Notes under the pieces: model-generated | What the model was told of the DNA's origin: nothing | Databases searched by the model: none | What the model saw: only the letters and a program-made list of their open reading frames with translations | Position numbers and translations under genes: made by a program | Origin: Eledone cirrhosa | Taxonomy: Eukaryota | Reading direction: 5' to 3' | NCBI GenBank assembly: GCA_964016885.1 | Contig: OZ024742.1 | Span: forward strand, 92,070,001-92,134,000 | DNA length: 64,000 nt | In this document: piece by piece, positions 31,755 to 45,923 of the stretch | How the letters are laid out: each line of letters begins with the position of its first letter | Numbering within the stretch: the stretch's first letter is position 1

Positions 31755-32699
31755 CTTATACTTTTGTACATATTCATATGAATAGAGACAAATATGTAAT
31801 CACATTTTCCCCTTCCCTATTCATCTTTTTCACTTTCACTCTTCAGTTTCACATAAATACATAAATCTGTGTGTGTTTATGTACATTTACATAGACACAC
31901 ATATATATATATAGGACCACACATGTAAACTCTCACATTTGAAGAAGTGTCGATTAAGAATCAGGATCCGATCACATGATCAAACCCGAGTTGATCGATA
32001 TGGAAACAAATTGTAATATGTAACAAAGTTTACAAAAAGCTGCAATTCTTATTGTCATTTTATTTATAACTATATATAACAGGCACCGCCTGTTTTGACC
32101 GCCACATTATACTCATACCTATAAACTCTAGGCTTAGGCATAACTGTTAGCTGTATCATGCCTTCCTGTGCTGGCACGTAAATAAACCCCTCCTGTGTGA
32201 ATTAATATTATTCGTTTGGTATAGACGATGGCCTGTAGAAGCTGGTTGACTTCCCGCTAGCACACTCGGAACCGATCGGAGTTACGTTCCTAGAGTACTC
32301 GGAAAAATTAATTTCCATTTATTTCGCTAGACGATACCACTCGAAACTGGCTGACACGTGGTTAGGAGGTGCTGGCTAGGATTTACAATCGAAGGCTTCT
32401 ATCTTTACTCTATATCCCACCCTGATAACTTATCAAGATCCCCTATAATACACTTAAACTTTTTCATATAAGACTCTCTCTGTAATTTCATTAAATAAAT
32501 CTCGCAACACAAACCTTTAATTTTCTAATAATTTAATTTCATCCTATAACTCTTAACATAAGTTAACGTTCCAATTTCTGTTCACACATTAGACCATGCA
32601 GACACCCATATATATGCTTTGTTAAAATATGGGTTCTTTGGAATAACCATTTTGCGGCGTTTTCTTGCCTGGCTGTAGTGTGACCCTTACGCTGACTTT

Positions 32700-32780
<81 letters not shown>

Positions 32781-33088
32781 TCTTTTTTTTATTCTCTGAC
32801 GGAGAGGTGGTAGTACATTATAAGCCTTCGCCCCCTCACCAGATGGTCATTAGTAGACCGAGTTGCCATCACTTGAGGGCGACTGACCGAAGTGAAAGCA
32901 GCTAGTTGGTCAGTCGTCCTCTCTGTCTCTGATTTAGGACCCATGGATTTTATATATTCCTTTGTTATATTTCGAATACCTGATGATATCACCGAACACA
33001 TAGGGAACCCGGTCATTGAAATGATCATAGCATAATAAACTTTTCAAGGATTTACACCAGTCCAGCCTCCTGTTATTTTATTTATATA

Positions 33089-33150
<62 letters not shown>

Positions 33151-33157
<7 letters not shown>

Positions 33158-33578
33158 GTTTGTATATGTATAATAAAGCCCAAACAATGCAGGTATGGAC
33201 ATAGAATAAAGAATGCAAATGCAAAAGATATTGTTGACAATTAGTCTTTTACCTTAGATTTATTTAAATGTCCTTAATTTCGAGATAATATCTCTTCTTT
33301 GGAGGGAAGTAAAGCGGTTAAACCAGTGTTCTAAATAGCTTGCCAAGTCAAGCTATTTAGAACACTGGTTTAACCGCTTTACTTCCCTCCAAAGAAGAGA
33401 TATTATCTCGAAATTAAGGACATTTAAATAAATCTAAGGTAAAAGACTAATTGTCAACAATATCTTTTGCATTTGCATTCTTTATTCTATGTCCATACCT
33501 GCATTGTTTGGGCTTTATTATACATATACAAACGTTTATACCTCATTACACAATGCTTCAAGTGAACTATAACTTCCT

Positions 33579-33580
<2 letters not shown>
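33151..33580 (+). repeat. 192-bp-arm palindrome (6-nt spacer) + 40-nt tail; inverted PLE terminus
   Basis: 33151-33342 is the reverse complement of 33349-33540 (no mismatch seen by eye). Tail 33541-33580; (TA)n on both sides. Confidence 0.88.
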
Positions 33581-33619
<39 letters not shown>

Positions 33620-33829
33620 GAAGGGGGTAGATGGTTCTCTTTCATCACATCTCAATAAGTATAGAGCAATTCAAGTTAGAAAGCTAGAAAGATCTTCCAG
33701 TCTCTCATTAACATACACACACGCGCACACACGTACACACTCACACATACACACACACATACACGCATACACATACACACACATACATGTACACACACAA
33801 ACTTCCCTCATTTTCCACATAAATCAATA

Positions 33830-34050
33830 TAACAACAACCAAATAATAATAACAATAATAACACAACAACCAAATATCAACAACAATAATAACACAACAA
33901 CCAAATAACAACAACAATAACAACACAACAACAACGACGACAAACACAACCACCAAAGAACAACAATGACAATAATAACAACAGTAACAATTCGATGACA
34001 CCAACACCAACACCACTACCTTCACCACCACCACCACCACCACCACCACC

Positions 34051-34110
<60 letters not shown>

Positions 34111-34115
34111 AACAA
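33830..34115. repeat. (CAA)/(CAC)n low-complexity tract
   Basis: Directly visible. Confidence 0.95.
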
Positions 34116-34614
34116 AAAGATCTATAATAACCAATCAATTCCTGAACTGAAGCCTGTATCAAACCTGAAAAAAAATCGATGAAATTTCATTAAACCAGTA
34201 TGAATTCATTAAGCTGGGAATGAGAGGGGGATTTCACCCAAATATCCGGGTGGCCTTTGGGATGGATTGTAAGGGTTCTATTAACAGACGTAATTTAGGA
34301 GTAGAGATGAGGCTTAGTTATTATGAAATACAGCTCTTTTCAATAGGACGTGCATATTGTTTCTCGCTCGATTAAGATACTCACATATTCTTTTATTTTT
34401 TTACTGTTTTAAGTCATTAGTCTGTAGCCATGCCGGTACGCCGCCTTTAAGGGGTTTAGTCAATCAAATCAACATCAGTATTTGTTTTTATCTTCAAGTC
34501 CGATACTTATTCTATTCATCTCTTTTTCTCGGATCGCCTAGTTACGAGAATATAGACAAACAGTAAATGTATACATATACATCTGTATGTCTGTCTTTCC
34601 GTCTATCTATCTAT

Positions 34615-36512
34615 CCTGGCTTTGGTGGGGCTCTGATCAATTTAGATCAGTCTAAGGCATTTGATAGGGCCGACCATCAATACTTGGAAGCAGTTCTCAA
34701 GGCGGCCGGCTTCGGTCCCGTCTTCAGAGGCTGGATCCTTGCCATGCACACCAGCATCTGCTCGGCAGTCAAGGTGAATGGCTACCTATCAGAGCCATTC
34801 CAAATCATGCGTTCCATCGGTCATTCTGTATGCACTGACTCTCGAGCCGTTACTGCGGAAGTTGGAGCTGTTGCAGGGCATCCCGATCGAACCAGGACTG
34901 CGGAAAGCAGCGTCAGCCTATGCCAACGACATAACCGTAATGGTGTCGAAAACCTCGGAAATCAGGGTTATCGGCAACCTATTACAGGAATACGAAACGT
35001 TGACAGGAGCAAGACTAAACCCAAACAAGTCTGTCGGTTTGCAATTCGGCACATAGAGAGGCAAACCCATGCCTTCCGACAGAGTCGTTGGACGCTGGAC
35101 GGAAGGACCGGTGAAATTGATCGGGATCTGGTTCGGTCCAGACCTCCATGTGGACAAGAAGTGCAACGAGGTCACGGCGAAGGGGTTTGCACTCACCCAG
35201 AAGTGGGCTGAGTGTAAACTCTCCTTGAAAGGTCGAGCGGAGGTGGCGAACACTTACATAGCGCCGGTCATCTACTACCGCTTGACAGTCATGCCTTGCT
35301 CCCACGAATACCTTACCAAAATGGAACGCGTACTCTTCAAGTTCCTCTGGAAGAAACAGGCTCCATTGGTGAGGAGATCCATCTGCTGTCAACACCCTTC
35401 TAACGGAGGGCTGGGCATACCGTGGCTGATGATGCGCAAACATGCGCTGAAGCTACGCCATCTCCGGTATTCCTGATCGGTGAACCGGTGTGGCTGTCGT
35501 TTGTGAGACAAGCTCTTGAACAACTCGTCTCACTAACAGAGCTGCAGTCCTGTGTCAAGCGAAGACCCAAAATGGGTGCCTGGCACCTCAAGTGCCTACA
35601 GGCGCTCACAGCACTCTACCAAGCGGCGGAAACGGCAATCAGCGGAGACTCTACTTCGACATTCTATAGGGGATTAGTGGAGGATAAGTGCGACGACGTT
35701 CTCGGGGAAACTCTAGGCATCGAGGAGGACGAACTGACCAGTCTGTTCGGGAGGACTTTCCGTTCAGGGCCTATGGATAACTTCCAGAGGTCTCTGGCCT
35801 GGCAGTGCTACCGAGGAGCTCTACCAGTTCGAGACAAAATCTACAGGCACGGACGCCCTGGAAGAGATCCTGCCAAAAGGACCTGTCCAAGATGCGAGCA
35901 GGACATCGAAACCGTTCTGCACGCAATTGTTCAGTGCCCAGGGGTGACCGACCTGTGGAATTATGTCGAACAGCTGCTGTCACGTGTGGGACGCATCCAG
36001 TTATCAGCCGAGTCCATCGTGAGGATCACCCCGTCGCCTTCATTTAAGAACGAAGGAGAGGCGAAAGAGGTAATATGGTGGACTAGGTTAAAAGGACTGA
36101 GGGCAAACACCTTTCTCTCCGGACAACAACTTATCCCCTTCTTTAAGTATCACTTCAGAAGGAAGGTGAGAGTGGAGAGAGATGTGTTACACCCCAGTAT
36201 CTTCGCTGAAAGGTGGGTGAATGTGGCAAAAATCGCCCGAGTGAATGGGCCTTCTCTGTAGGTTGAAGAAGATAAACAGAGGGAAGACAGGAACACCTAC
36301 AAAACGTGTTCCTGGTGTTGAGGGTTGTTCTATCCACGGGGTGTAAAACAACCCTGCAGTAACGTTCCCCCCTATTGGGGATTTCAATTGTTATTTTATT
36401 ATATATAGTTTATTGTTATTTATTAATGTTAAAGTTATTTTTATGTAAAACCCCCGCCGTCACCTCTTGTAATGTCCCATTTTTGTACGCCCCTGTGGCA
36501 AATAAAGAAAGA
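34615..36512 (+). mobile_element. 5'-truncated Tx1/L1-like LINE (RT C-terminal half + CCHC + 3' UTR)
   Basis: LDQSKAFDRADH, AYANDIT, LSLKGRAEVAN, CPRCEQDIETVLHAIVQC; AATAAA at the 3' end; flanked by (TATC)n; frameshifted. Confidence 0.9.
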
Positions 36513-36524
36513 TATCTATCTATC

Positions 36525-39500
36525 GGTAAGTTTTGTTTAAATTTCTTTAGAAATTCGTCATTGTGAACTTTTATTTTTATACCAATTTGTAGAGGGACTG
36601 ACAGGTCAAATTTTGACCTGGTCAGTCTCCCAAAATATCGTGCCCCTCAGGGCAAAAACATCCAAAATATTTTCGAAAAATGTTTGCAAAACACTTCAAT
36701 TTTTGTTAAATGGCCGAAGAAAAGGCACTTACTTCTTTGTCAAAACAAGAAGTTTGGAAGGGAAAGCCATGCCAACTTGACCAGCAGGTAGTAGCAGACA
36801 TGGACAAAGGAATGCCAACATTATCGCCTCAACATTTAGAAGAGGAAAAAGCTTCAGCTGCTTGTAATTAACTGAAGACGCCTGACGTCACAAACGTCAC
36901 ATGTATCCACAGACAGAAGGAAGTATATGTAGCAAACACTAACACCGCCACAAGCAACAAGAACAACACAATCAATGAGAACAACAACACAACAAAAGGA
37001 ATCAGCGGCAACACAACGAATGAGACCATCATTAGCACCAACAACAACAATAACAAAATTTCATTTGCAGCAACCGTTGCTAAGCAACAGGATTTTAAAT
37101 ACTACTCCATGGATATTTCCCAAAAGTCCCAATATTTGGAAGAAGATTCCAACTATGTGACGTTTGAGGGAGACACCCCACACATACACCCACAAGTAAG
37201 AGAATTGACACAGAAAAAGAATCTAATTTATAGAACAGTTCACATCATTACCAAAAAACCCATAACGCTCCAAACAAGCACTATCGAAGCTGCACTAAAA
37301 GACATCAAGCCAGACGTGGCATACCTCCAAAGAGGTAAACAGTATGGAAGTGTGTCAGTGCTATTTAAGAGAGAAACTCTGGCACAAAAACACTCGGTTC
37401 ACCCAATAAAAACGGATCAACACATCTTCTTCCCCTAATACATGGGAAGAAGATCCTACAAAATAAAAATAACCAGGATCCCAACAGAGGTCAACATAGT
37501 GGTTCCTACGCTGCATCCTGAAGAAGGATGAGGACACCCTCCTATCTGTAGACAGGACAGACCGGCATAACTGGTTTGGAACCTGCATCGAGGTTCTGGT
37601 ACAAATGAGGCCAGAGAGAGTTGAGAAAATAACGGACAGGATCGTCCTTGAAGAAGATCTCATCTCCATTTTAGTGGAGGGAAAAAGACCTCAGTGCCAT
37701 AAGTGTGGGAAAACCACACACTTAAATGCCTTTTGCCATCTCTTAAACAAACCGAGGACAAACAAGGTGTTATTACCAACACCAAAACCCCAACATCAAC
37801 ACTCCAAACCAAACACAACACAAAAACCTGCAACATCCACTCCCACACCACCAGAGACCAGAGACAACCACATACACAAAATCCCACTGAAAAACCCTCC
37901 ATTGCTTCTTCCCCCCTGTCAAATACTTCCACAAACACCTGCACAAACACTCTTCTTCACCAACGTGGCGACTATACAAGCTGGAATTTTGAATGTACGT
38001 GGCCTGGGCATGTCCTGGAAACAGGGCCAACTTTTAAATAATCTCAGATCACATTGTATAGATGTGATAGTCATCACCGAGTCCAGCATTCACGACAAGC
38101 AGCAGCTAACCCCCATATTCGATTATTTTGAGATCTACGCATCTCTCTGTCAGCCAGGAGATGGAAGGGGGAGTTGCTGTTCTGTTTCGAAAAAACTTGG
38201 ATCTCAAAATACAGACGATTCACTTGGACCCGGAGGGCAGCCTGGTAGTCCTGGACGTGAATGGTAGTGAAGGTGGAGCTTTCAGACTGGTGGCCGTATA
38301 TGCCCCGACTGGGACATCGCGACCATAGATATCGACTAGACTTCCCAAGTGCATCACTTTGAACGTGAAGCGACCGCACTGGGTCTTCTAGATCGTATTT
38401 AGATAGAATTTTAATTAGACAGAATGATAAGGAAACATTAAGCTCTCCACAAATGCACATGGTTGCCTATTCAGACCACAAATTAGTCACCTGCGTAGTC
38501 AACCTTGATAGAATAGATAGACAGCGACCCGGATACTGGAATCTAAACATGTCGCTCCCGGCGCGTAAGGCCTACAGTAAACGGATTAGCACCTTAGTTA
38601 AGTGCCAGTTGACGGGGGCGATCGTCAACAACAGGTGGTGGAGCTCTCTCAAGAGAGCAATTAGAATATAATCGATAGCATTTAGCAAGGAAGTAGCTTT
38701 AGAAAAAAACAAAACTGAAAAGGAACTGGTAGCTAAAATAGAAGAGGCACTTAGGAATGGTTGTACAGCTGACGTGCTAGCGGCGAGAACGGCACTAGAC
38801 CAGTTCTTCAACGTGAAACACGAAGGCTGTATTGTCAGAAGTAGAACACGTGCTCTAAGAAACGAGGGAGCCAAAGCTGTTAGCTGGGCCCGAGTGGCAG
38901 AAGCGAAAAGTGGCAACAAATCCACAATTCGGTCTTTGCATGACAAAGATGAACGCATTATACTTGAATCCAAGCAGATGTGCAAGGCTTTCCAGTAGCA
39001 TTTTGTACAACTGTTCGGGGCAAAGCGGTACATCGAGCGAGGTGATGGTCTTCAGCTCCTACCTCGACGGCGTACCGCGATTCTCGAGCACGGATGCGGA
39101 GAGCTGCGAAAGGCCAATCACAGCGGGCGAAATATAAGATGCCCTAGGCCGCTGCGGGAAACGCAAATCACCCGGTTTAGATGGTCTACCCTATGAGTTT
39201 TACATAGGCATGCCAGACTTGTTCTCTGGCGTCCTCGAAGCGGTCTACTGCAACTGGCAGCAGAACGGAAGGACTCCCAGTTCTGTAGGAAGAGGCGTAG
39301 TAACGCTGATCAGGAAAGATGAGAACAAGCGGGTTGAGATAAGCAATTTCAGGCCCATAACTGTGCTCAACACAGAGTTAAAGATTTTGGCCAAGGTGTT
39401 AGCAGCAAGGCTGGCGCTTGTCGTCGAGAACCTGGTAGGGGAAGCCCAAACGTTTGCAATCCCGACCAGGTCCATACACGACAACCTCCACTTCATGCGA

Positions 39501-41411
39501 TACATCATAGAGAGGGTGGGGTGTAAACCTGGCTTCGGTGGGGCTCTGATCAATTTAGATCAGTCTAAGGCATTTGATAGGGTCGACCATCAATACTTGG
39601 AAGCAGTTCTCAAGGCGGCCGGCTTCGGTCTCGCCTTCAGAGGCTGGATCGCTGCCATGCACACCAGTATCTGCTCGGCAGTCAAGGTGAATGGCTACAT
39701 ATCGGATCCATTCCAAATCATGCGTTCCATCCGTCAGGGATGTCCTCTCTCCTCCATTCTGTATGTACTGACTCTCGAGCCGTTACTGCGGAAGTTGGAG
39801 CTGTTGCAGGGCATCCCGATCGAACCAAGACTGCGGAAAGCAGCGTCGGCAACCTAATACAGGAATACTAAACGTTGACAGGAGCAAGACTAAACCCAGA
39901 CAAGTCTGTCGGTTTGCAACTCGGCACATAGAGAGGCAATGGAGAGACATGGAGAGACAGTGTCGTTGGACGCTGGACGGAAGGACCGGTGAAATTGATC
40001 GGGGTCTGGTTCGGTCCAGACCTCCATGTGGACAAGAAGTGCAACGAGGTCACGGCGAAGGGGTTTGCACTCACCCAGAAGTGGGCTGAGTGCAAACTCT
40101 CCTTGAAAGGTCGAGCAGAGGTGGCGAACACTTACATAGCGTCCGTCATCTACTACCGCTTGACAGTCATGCCTTGCCCCCACGAATACCTTACCAAAAT
40201 GGAACGCCTACTCTTCAAGTTCCTCTGGAAGAAACAGGCTCCATTGGGGAGGAGATCCATCTGCTGTCAACACCCTTCTAACGGAGGGATGGGCATGCCG
40301 TGGTGATGATGCGCAAACATGCGCTGAAGCTACGCCATCTCCGGGGCTTCCTGACCGATGAACCGGTGTGGCTGTCGTTTGTAAGACAAGCTCTTCCACA
40401 ATTCGTCTCACTAACAGAGCTGCAGTCCTGGGTCAAGCGAAGACCAAAAATAGATGCCTACAGGCGCTGACAGCCCTCTACCAAGCGGAAACGGCAATCA
40501 GCGGAGACTCTACTTCGACATTCTATAGGGGATTAGTGGAGGATAAGTGCGACGACATTCTCGGGGAAACTCTAGGCAGCGAGGAGGACGAACTAACCAG
40601 TCTGTTCGGGAGGACTTTCCATCCAGGGCCTATGGATAACTTCCAGAGGTCTCTGGCCTGGCAGTGCTACCGAGGAGCTCTACCAGTTCGAGACAAAATC
40701 TACAGGCACGGACGCCCTGGAAGAGATCCTGCCAAAATGACCTGTCCAAGATGCGAGCAGGACATCGAAACCGTTCTGCACGCAATTGTTCAGTGCCCAG
40801 GGGTGACCGACCTGTGGAATTATGTCGAGCAACTGCTGTCACGTGTGGGACGCATCCAGTTTTCAGCCGAGTCCATCGTGACGATCACTCCGCCGCCTTC
40901 ATTTAAGAATGAAGGAGTGGCGGTCTTCCTCCGTCTGGTGGATATGGTGAAAGAGGTAATATGGTGGACGAGGTTAAAAGGACTGAGGGCAAAAAACCTT
41001 CCTCTCCGGACAACATCTTATCCCCTTCTTTAAATATCACTTCAGAAGGAAGCTGAGAGTGGAGAAAGATGTGCTACACCCCAGTAAATTCGCTGAAAGG
41101 TGGGTGAATGTGGCAAAAATGGCCCGAGTGAATGGGCCTTCTCTGTATATAAACCTGTAGGTTGCGGAAGATAAATAGAGGGAAGACAGGAACACCTACA
41201 AAACGTGTTCCCGGTGTTGAGGGTTGTTCTATCCACGGGGTGTAAAACAACCCTGCAGTAACGTACCCCCCTATTGGGGATTTCAATTGTTATTTTATTA
41301 TATATAGTTTATTGTTATTTATTAATGTTAAAGTTATTTTTATGTAAAACCCCCGCCGTAACGTCTTGTAATGTCCCATTTTTGTACGCCCCTGTGGCAA
41401 ATAAAGAAAGA
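36525..41411 (+). mobile_element. Near full-length decayed Tx1/L1-like LINE (ORF1 zinc knuckle, APE, RT)
   Basis: CHKCGKTTHLNAFC; APE ILNVRGL, AVYAP, SDHK; RT NFRPITVLNTELKILAKVL, DQSKAFDRVDH, RQGCPLS; many stops and frameshifts; 3' part paralogous to 34615-36512. Confidence 0.92.
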
Positions 41412-41434
41412 TATCTATTAATGTTGATATATAA

Positions 41435-41435
<1 letters not shown>

Positions 41436-41500
<65 letters not shown>
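41436..41500. repeat. (GATA)n tract between two Tx1-like 3' ends
   Basis: Directly visible. Confidence 0.95.
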
Positions 41501-42095
41501 TTCTTTATTTGCCACAAGGGCGCACAAGAAAAGGGGACAATACAAGAACATATGCCGGGGATTTTACATACAATCGTCTAAAAAACATTTTAAAACAAAC
41601 AAATTCAACAATTGAAATCGCCAATAGTGGGGTGGCGTTACAAATGGGTTGTTTAATACCCCGTCGATAGAACAACCCTCAACTCTAGGAGCGTGTTTTG
41701 CAAGTGCTCCTTTCCTCCTATTGCTCTCATCTTCAACCTACAGGTTTATATACAGAGAAGGCCCAATCACTCGGGCCATTTTTGCTACATTCACTCACCT
41801 TTCAGTAAATTTACTGGGGTGCAGTGCCTCTCTCTCCACTCTGATTCTCCTTCTAAAGTGGTACCTAAAGAAGGGAATGAGTTGTTGTCCGGAGAGAAAG
41901 GTATCTGTCCTCAGTCCTCTCAATCTCGTCCACCATATAACCTCTTTCACCATAGCCACTATACAGAGGAAAACCGCCTCGCTTTCGTTTTTGAAAGAAA
42001 TTGGCGGTTTGATCCTTACTATGGACTCGGCAGTCAACTGGATTTGTCCCATACGTGACAGAAGTTGTGCTGCGTAGTTCCACAGGTCGGTTAAA
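41501..42095 (-). mobile_element. 3' fragment of a related Tx1-like subfamily, tail-to-tail with the previous copy
   Basis: QLTAESIVRI...KEVIWWTRLRGLR; 3' end GTGGCAAATAAAGAA-(ATCT)n; (GATA)n on both sides. Confidence 0.88.
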
Positions 42096-42136
42096 TAGTT
42101 AGATAGAGAGATAGATAGATAGATACATGGAAACCC

Positions 42137-42186
<50 letters not shown>

Positions 42187-42193
42187 CGTGTAG

Positions 42194-42249
<56 letters not shown>

Positions 42250-42994
42250 GATAGAGATTGAGAGAAAGAATGAGAGAGAGACGATGGGTTGCAGAGTTTC
42301 TGTCTACTATGTTTCAACCAAAAGTCATTAGTCGACCCACGGTTATATTGAATCCGAAACAACGTAGTCGCAAAACAAACTTCTTAACCACACACCATTG
42401 CACACGCTCCCAAAAAGAAAAGTAAAAAAAACGAAAAAAGCTTGTGGTTATGTGGAAGTTTGTACGTAAGCACTAGATTTGCTAAAAAATACCAACCAAA
42501 TTTCTCTCAAATCACATTCTACCATCTTAAAAGAAATTTCTAATGTCATAGTGTTGCTGTTACATCCATCCTCTGTGTAAGGTTATCTGTCCTTCTCTCA
42601 CAGTTGTTTTAATGATAAGGTCTCCAAGCCTACATAATGACATATTGAATAAATTATGCCCCAAGAGTTGAGTGGTTGTTGCCACACTTAATGTACGAAG
42701 CCTGAAACTTTTAATTTGTTAAGATTGAAGTAAGAAGGAAAAACACTCTCTTTTGATTAATTCTGGCCAAGAAAGGTAGGGAAGAATATTTTGAAATTTA
42801 AATTCATGAAAATTGATTAAAAGTTAATGTGGGTAAGAAGAAGGAAGTGAATTTTATCTTTAAAAGTACTAATGTCACTTTGAGTACGTATGGTAGCTTG
42901 TAGCTCAGTACAGCCTGTTACATAGACAAAAGGATGGATTAAGTTAGTATATATTCAACGACTGACTATCCAGCATTTCGAAGATGCCCTCGAA

Positions 42995-43575
42995 CAATAA
43001 TTGTTTCTACTTTAGGCACAAGGCCAGCAATTACCCAGTTCAATAAAGTACCAGTAATGAACTGGATAATTGCTGGCCTTGTGCCTAAAGTAGAAACAAT
43101 TGATAAAATAAAGTACCAGTAATGTACTGGATAATTTGCTGGCCTTGTGCCAAAAAGTAGAAGCAATTATTTTTCGAGGGCGGTGAATTGGCAGTATCGG
43201 TAGAAGGTTGGACGCCATGCTTTCTAGCATAGTTACGTCTTTTTACAGTTTGAGTTCAAATCCCACCGAGGTTAACTTTGCCTTTCATCCTTACGGGGCC
43301 GATAAAATAAAGTACCAGTAATGTACTGGTGAATTGCTGGCCTTGTGCCTAAAGTAGAAACAATTATTGTTCGAGGGCGGTGGATTGGCAGTATCGGTAG
43401 AGGGTCGGACTCCATGCTTTGCAGCAAAAAGTTACGGCCCTTTATGGTCTGAGTTCAAATCCCGCCGAGGTTAACTTTGCCTTTCATCCTTACGGGGTCG
43501 ATAAGATAAAGTACGAGTAATACATTGGGATAATTTCTGGCCTTGTGCCAAAAGTAGAAACAATTATTGTTCGAA
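42995..43575 (+). mobile_element. Cluster of tRNA-derived SINE copies and fragments
   Basis: GGCGGTGAATTGGCAG (A-box-like), GAGTTCAAATCCC (B box), GTTAACTTTGCCTTTCATCCTTACGGGGTCGATAAAATAAAGTACCAG, 3' GGCCTTGTGCCTAAAGTAGAAACAATTATT. Confidence 0.85.
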
Positions 43576-43628
43576 GACATGATTGTTCGACCACACTGTA
43601 AACCTGATGAATCTTGAGTTCTAGTCAC

Positions 43629-43900
43629 TCAAATTGTTAATTCCAAATCCAGTTTGTGACTTCTCTGAAATCTGGTCGTTATTTCTGAATGTTTAAGCAA
43701 TTGTACATTTGCCTCATTTAATCCTGTTGCCTTGTTGATCCTCAGGCAATGAATGCCTTTGGCAACTTCTTCCATTGAGATGTCCCCATCTGTTATCAGA
43801 AGGTTGCCTATCAAAGGTTTTTCCCAGTCAAATTTGAAGAGGTCAGCTGAGTCCAACTGATTTAGAACTTTCTGGATATATTCCAACCATCCTCACTCTT
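43629..43900 (-). mobile_element. Old LINE (RTE-like) fragment
   Basis: ISMEEVAKGIHCLRINKATGLNE, resembling the pre-RT 'KAPGxD' region. Confidence 0.55.
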
Positions 43901-45013
43901 AAATGACACACATGAATCACTTCTTATTCCTGTCAGCTTTTTCTCTATTCGGTACAGACATTCAGTGTTATTTCTCGCAACTGCTTCTTCTGCCCATTTG
44001 CCCTTCTCCTAAACGTCCAGCATCAGCTCATTTGCTTTCTAAGGATGGCTCTACATTCTTCACTAAATCTAGAGAGACCAGAGTAGTTATCGCACCTTAC
44101 CATTTCACACCAGCCGACATGCACCATAATGCATCTTCCACTACCTACTTGGTCTTACACCAATATAGCTTTTAGACAGCTTATATGTTTTCTGAACATG
44201 GATGACATAGAGCAATTGATACCATTGAACAAAGACAAACTGGGTTAAAAAAATCATTCGTCACATTACCTTCTCTGTTTCGCTGATTCTTCCAGTATGA
44301 CAATATTCTGGTGATTAGAATATGTAAATTGACATAGTGAGGATCCCTATTGAAAAACCACCCAATAACACCCCTGTCAATATATATATCAAAAGGATGC
44401 AACTTCATAGGTTACTGACTAAACCTGCAAAACGAAAGCTGTGACAGATACTGTAGGTTTACAAGTAAAGTGACAACGCTGATGATGTTTCAGTCTTATT
44501 GGATATTCTCAGCAAAGTGTAGTCTTTAACAATGATTACCAGACGTTTGATGACTGAGAGATATATTAGTGTCAGAAAAGATTGGTAGGTCACAGTTCCA
44601 TTTTATTTGATCACAGGTCTACTCTTTTAGGGCTCACCTGGGGATAAACAAAATCATTCATAGCAAGTCCAAATGCTAGCTTATAATACATAAGCATATT
44701 GTATATGAGTCCTTAGACACCTATATTTAATACAAATTAGGCACAATGCTTGCAATTTTGAGGGAAGAAGAATGCCAGTTAAATCGATTTTCGGTACTTC
44801 AATGGTAATATATTTTATCGCCCTTTGAAGGTGACCTCTGCGGTATTTGAACTGAAACAAATAGTGCAAAGACATTTGTCGGAGGTGCCAACGATTCTGC
44901 CAGGCCATGTACCTCAACTAATTCACCGCAGTCACGCCTCTATTATAATTATAAATTTATTCCAAGTAATTCAAAGACTACAATTAGGAGATAGCAAAAA
45001 CAAATAATAATAA

Positions 45014-45198
45014 TAATTGTTTCTACTTTTGGCACAAGGCCAGCAATTACACAGTACATTATGGTACTTTATTTTATCGACCCCGTAAGGATGAAAGGCA
45101 AAGTTAACCTCGGCGGGATTTGAACTCAGAATGGCAAGGACCGTAACTCTATGCGTCAAAGCATGGCGTTCGACCCTCTACCGATACTGCCAATCCAC
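45014..45198 (-). mobile_element. tRNA-derived SINE
   Basis: Reverse complement of the family consensus. Confidence 0.82.
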
Positions 45199-45923
45199 AA
45201 ATAATAATGATAATAAACAAATAAAAAATAAACATTGAAACACAAGGGGAAAAAATTAAAATATTCAAAATCTAAAAACAAAGGCAAATAAACTAACAAG
45301 TGCTAATCAATCTAGTCAACAGCCTTTGCAGCAAGAAGTTATAATTTACGATGCAAGAATTGATAAAATTATGATCAGATAAAAGATAAAAGAATGATTC
45401 CGATGTTTCATTAAATATTTTAAAGAAACATAAATCGCCTCAAACATTTCTAAACCTGCTACACATTTATTCTGAATCAATGATATTCACGTGGATAGAT
45501 GTACGGGAAAATAATAACATACATTTTTACTTACACACAAACACTAAGCATAGATACCTACACACATACATACTTACACTCATATATACATATTATCACA
45601 TCTACACTCGAACGGTCTAGCAGCTGCTTGATTATTCAGTCATAATGCTGCAAGAGCTGCGTAAGACAACTTCCACCCGGGCGAAAGCCATGCTGGGCCA
45701 GTTAGAGGAATATGGTAAGTTTCAAACCCTCTGCTATCAACCCACAAACGTAAGAATACCACAAGAAAGGTAAACTAGACAAAGAGGAATAGAAATCCCC
45801 GAGTCAAAATCAATACGTGACCTGGGTATTGACATGAGCAATGAGGAATCGATTCATGCGCACATCTGAGAAATATATAGGTTAAAGGTTAAATGATTTC
45901 ATAGTTGGAACCTTCTAGATAGA

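Noticed and set aside
42995-43575. tRNA genes
   Set aside because: Only A/B-box-like heads fused to the SINE body; no cloverleaf.
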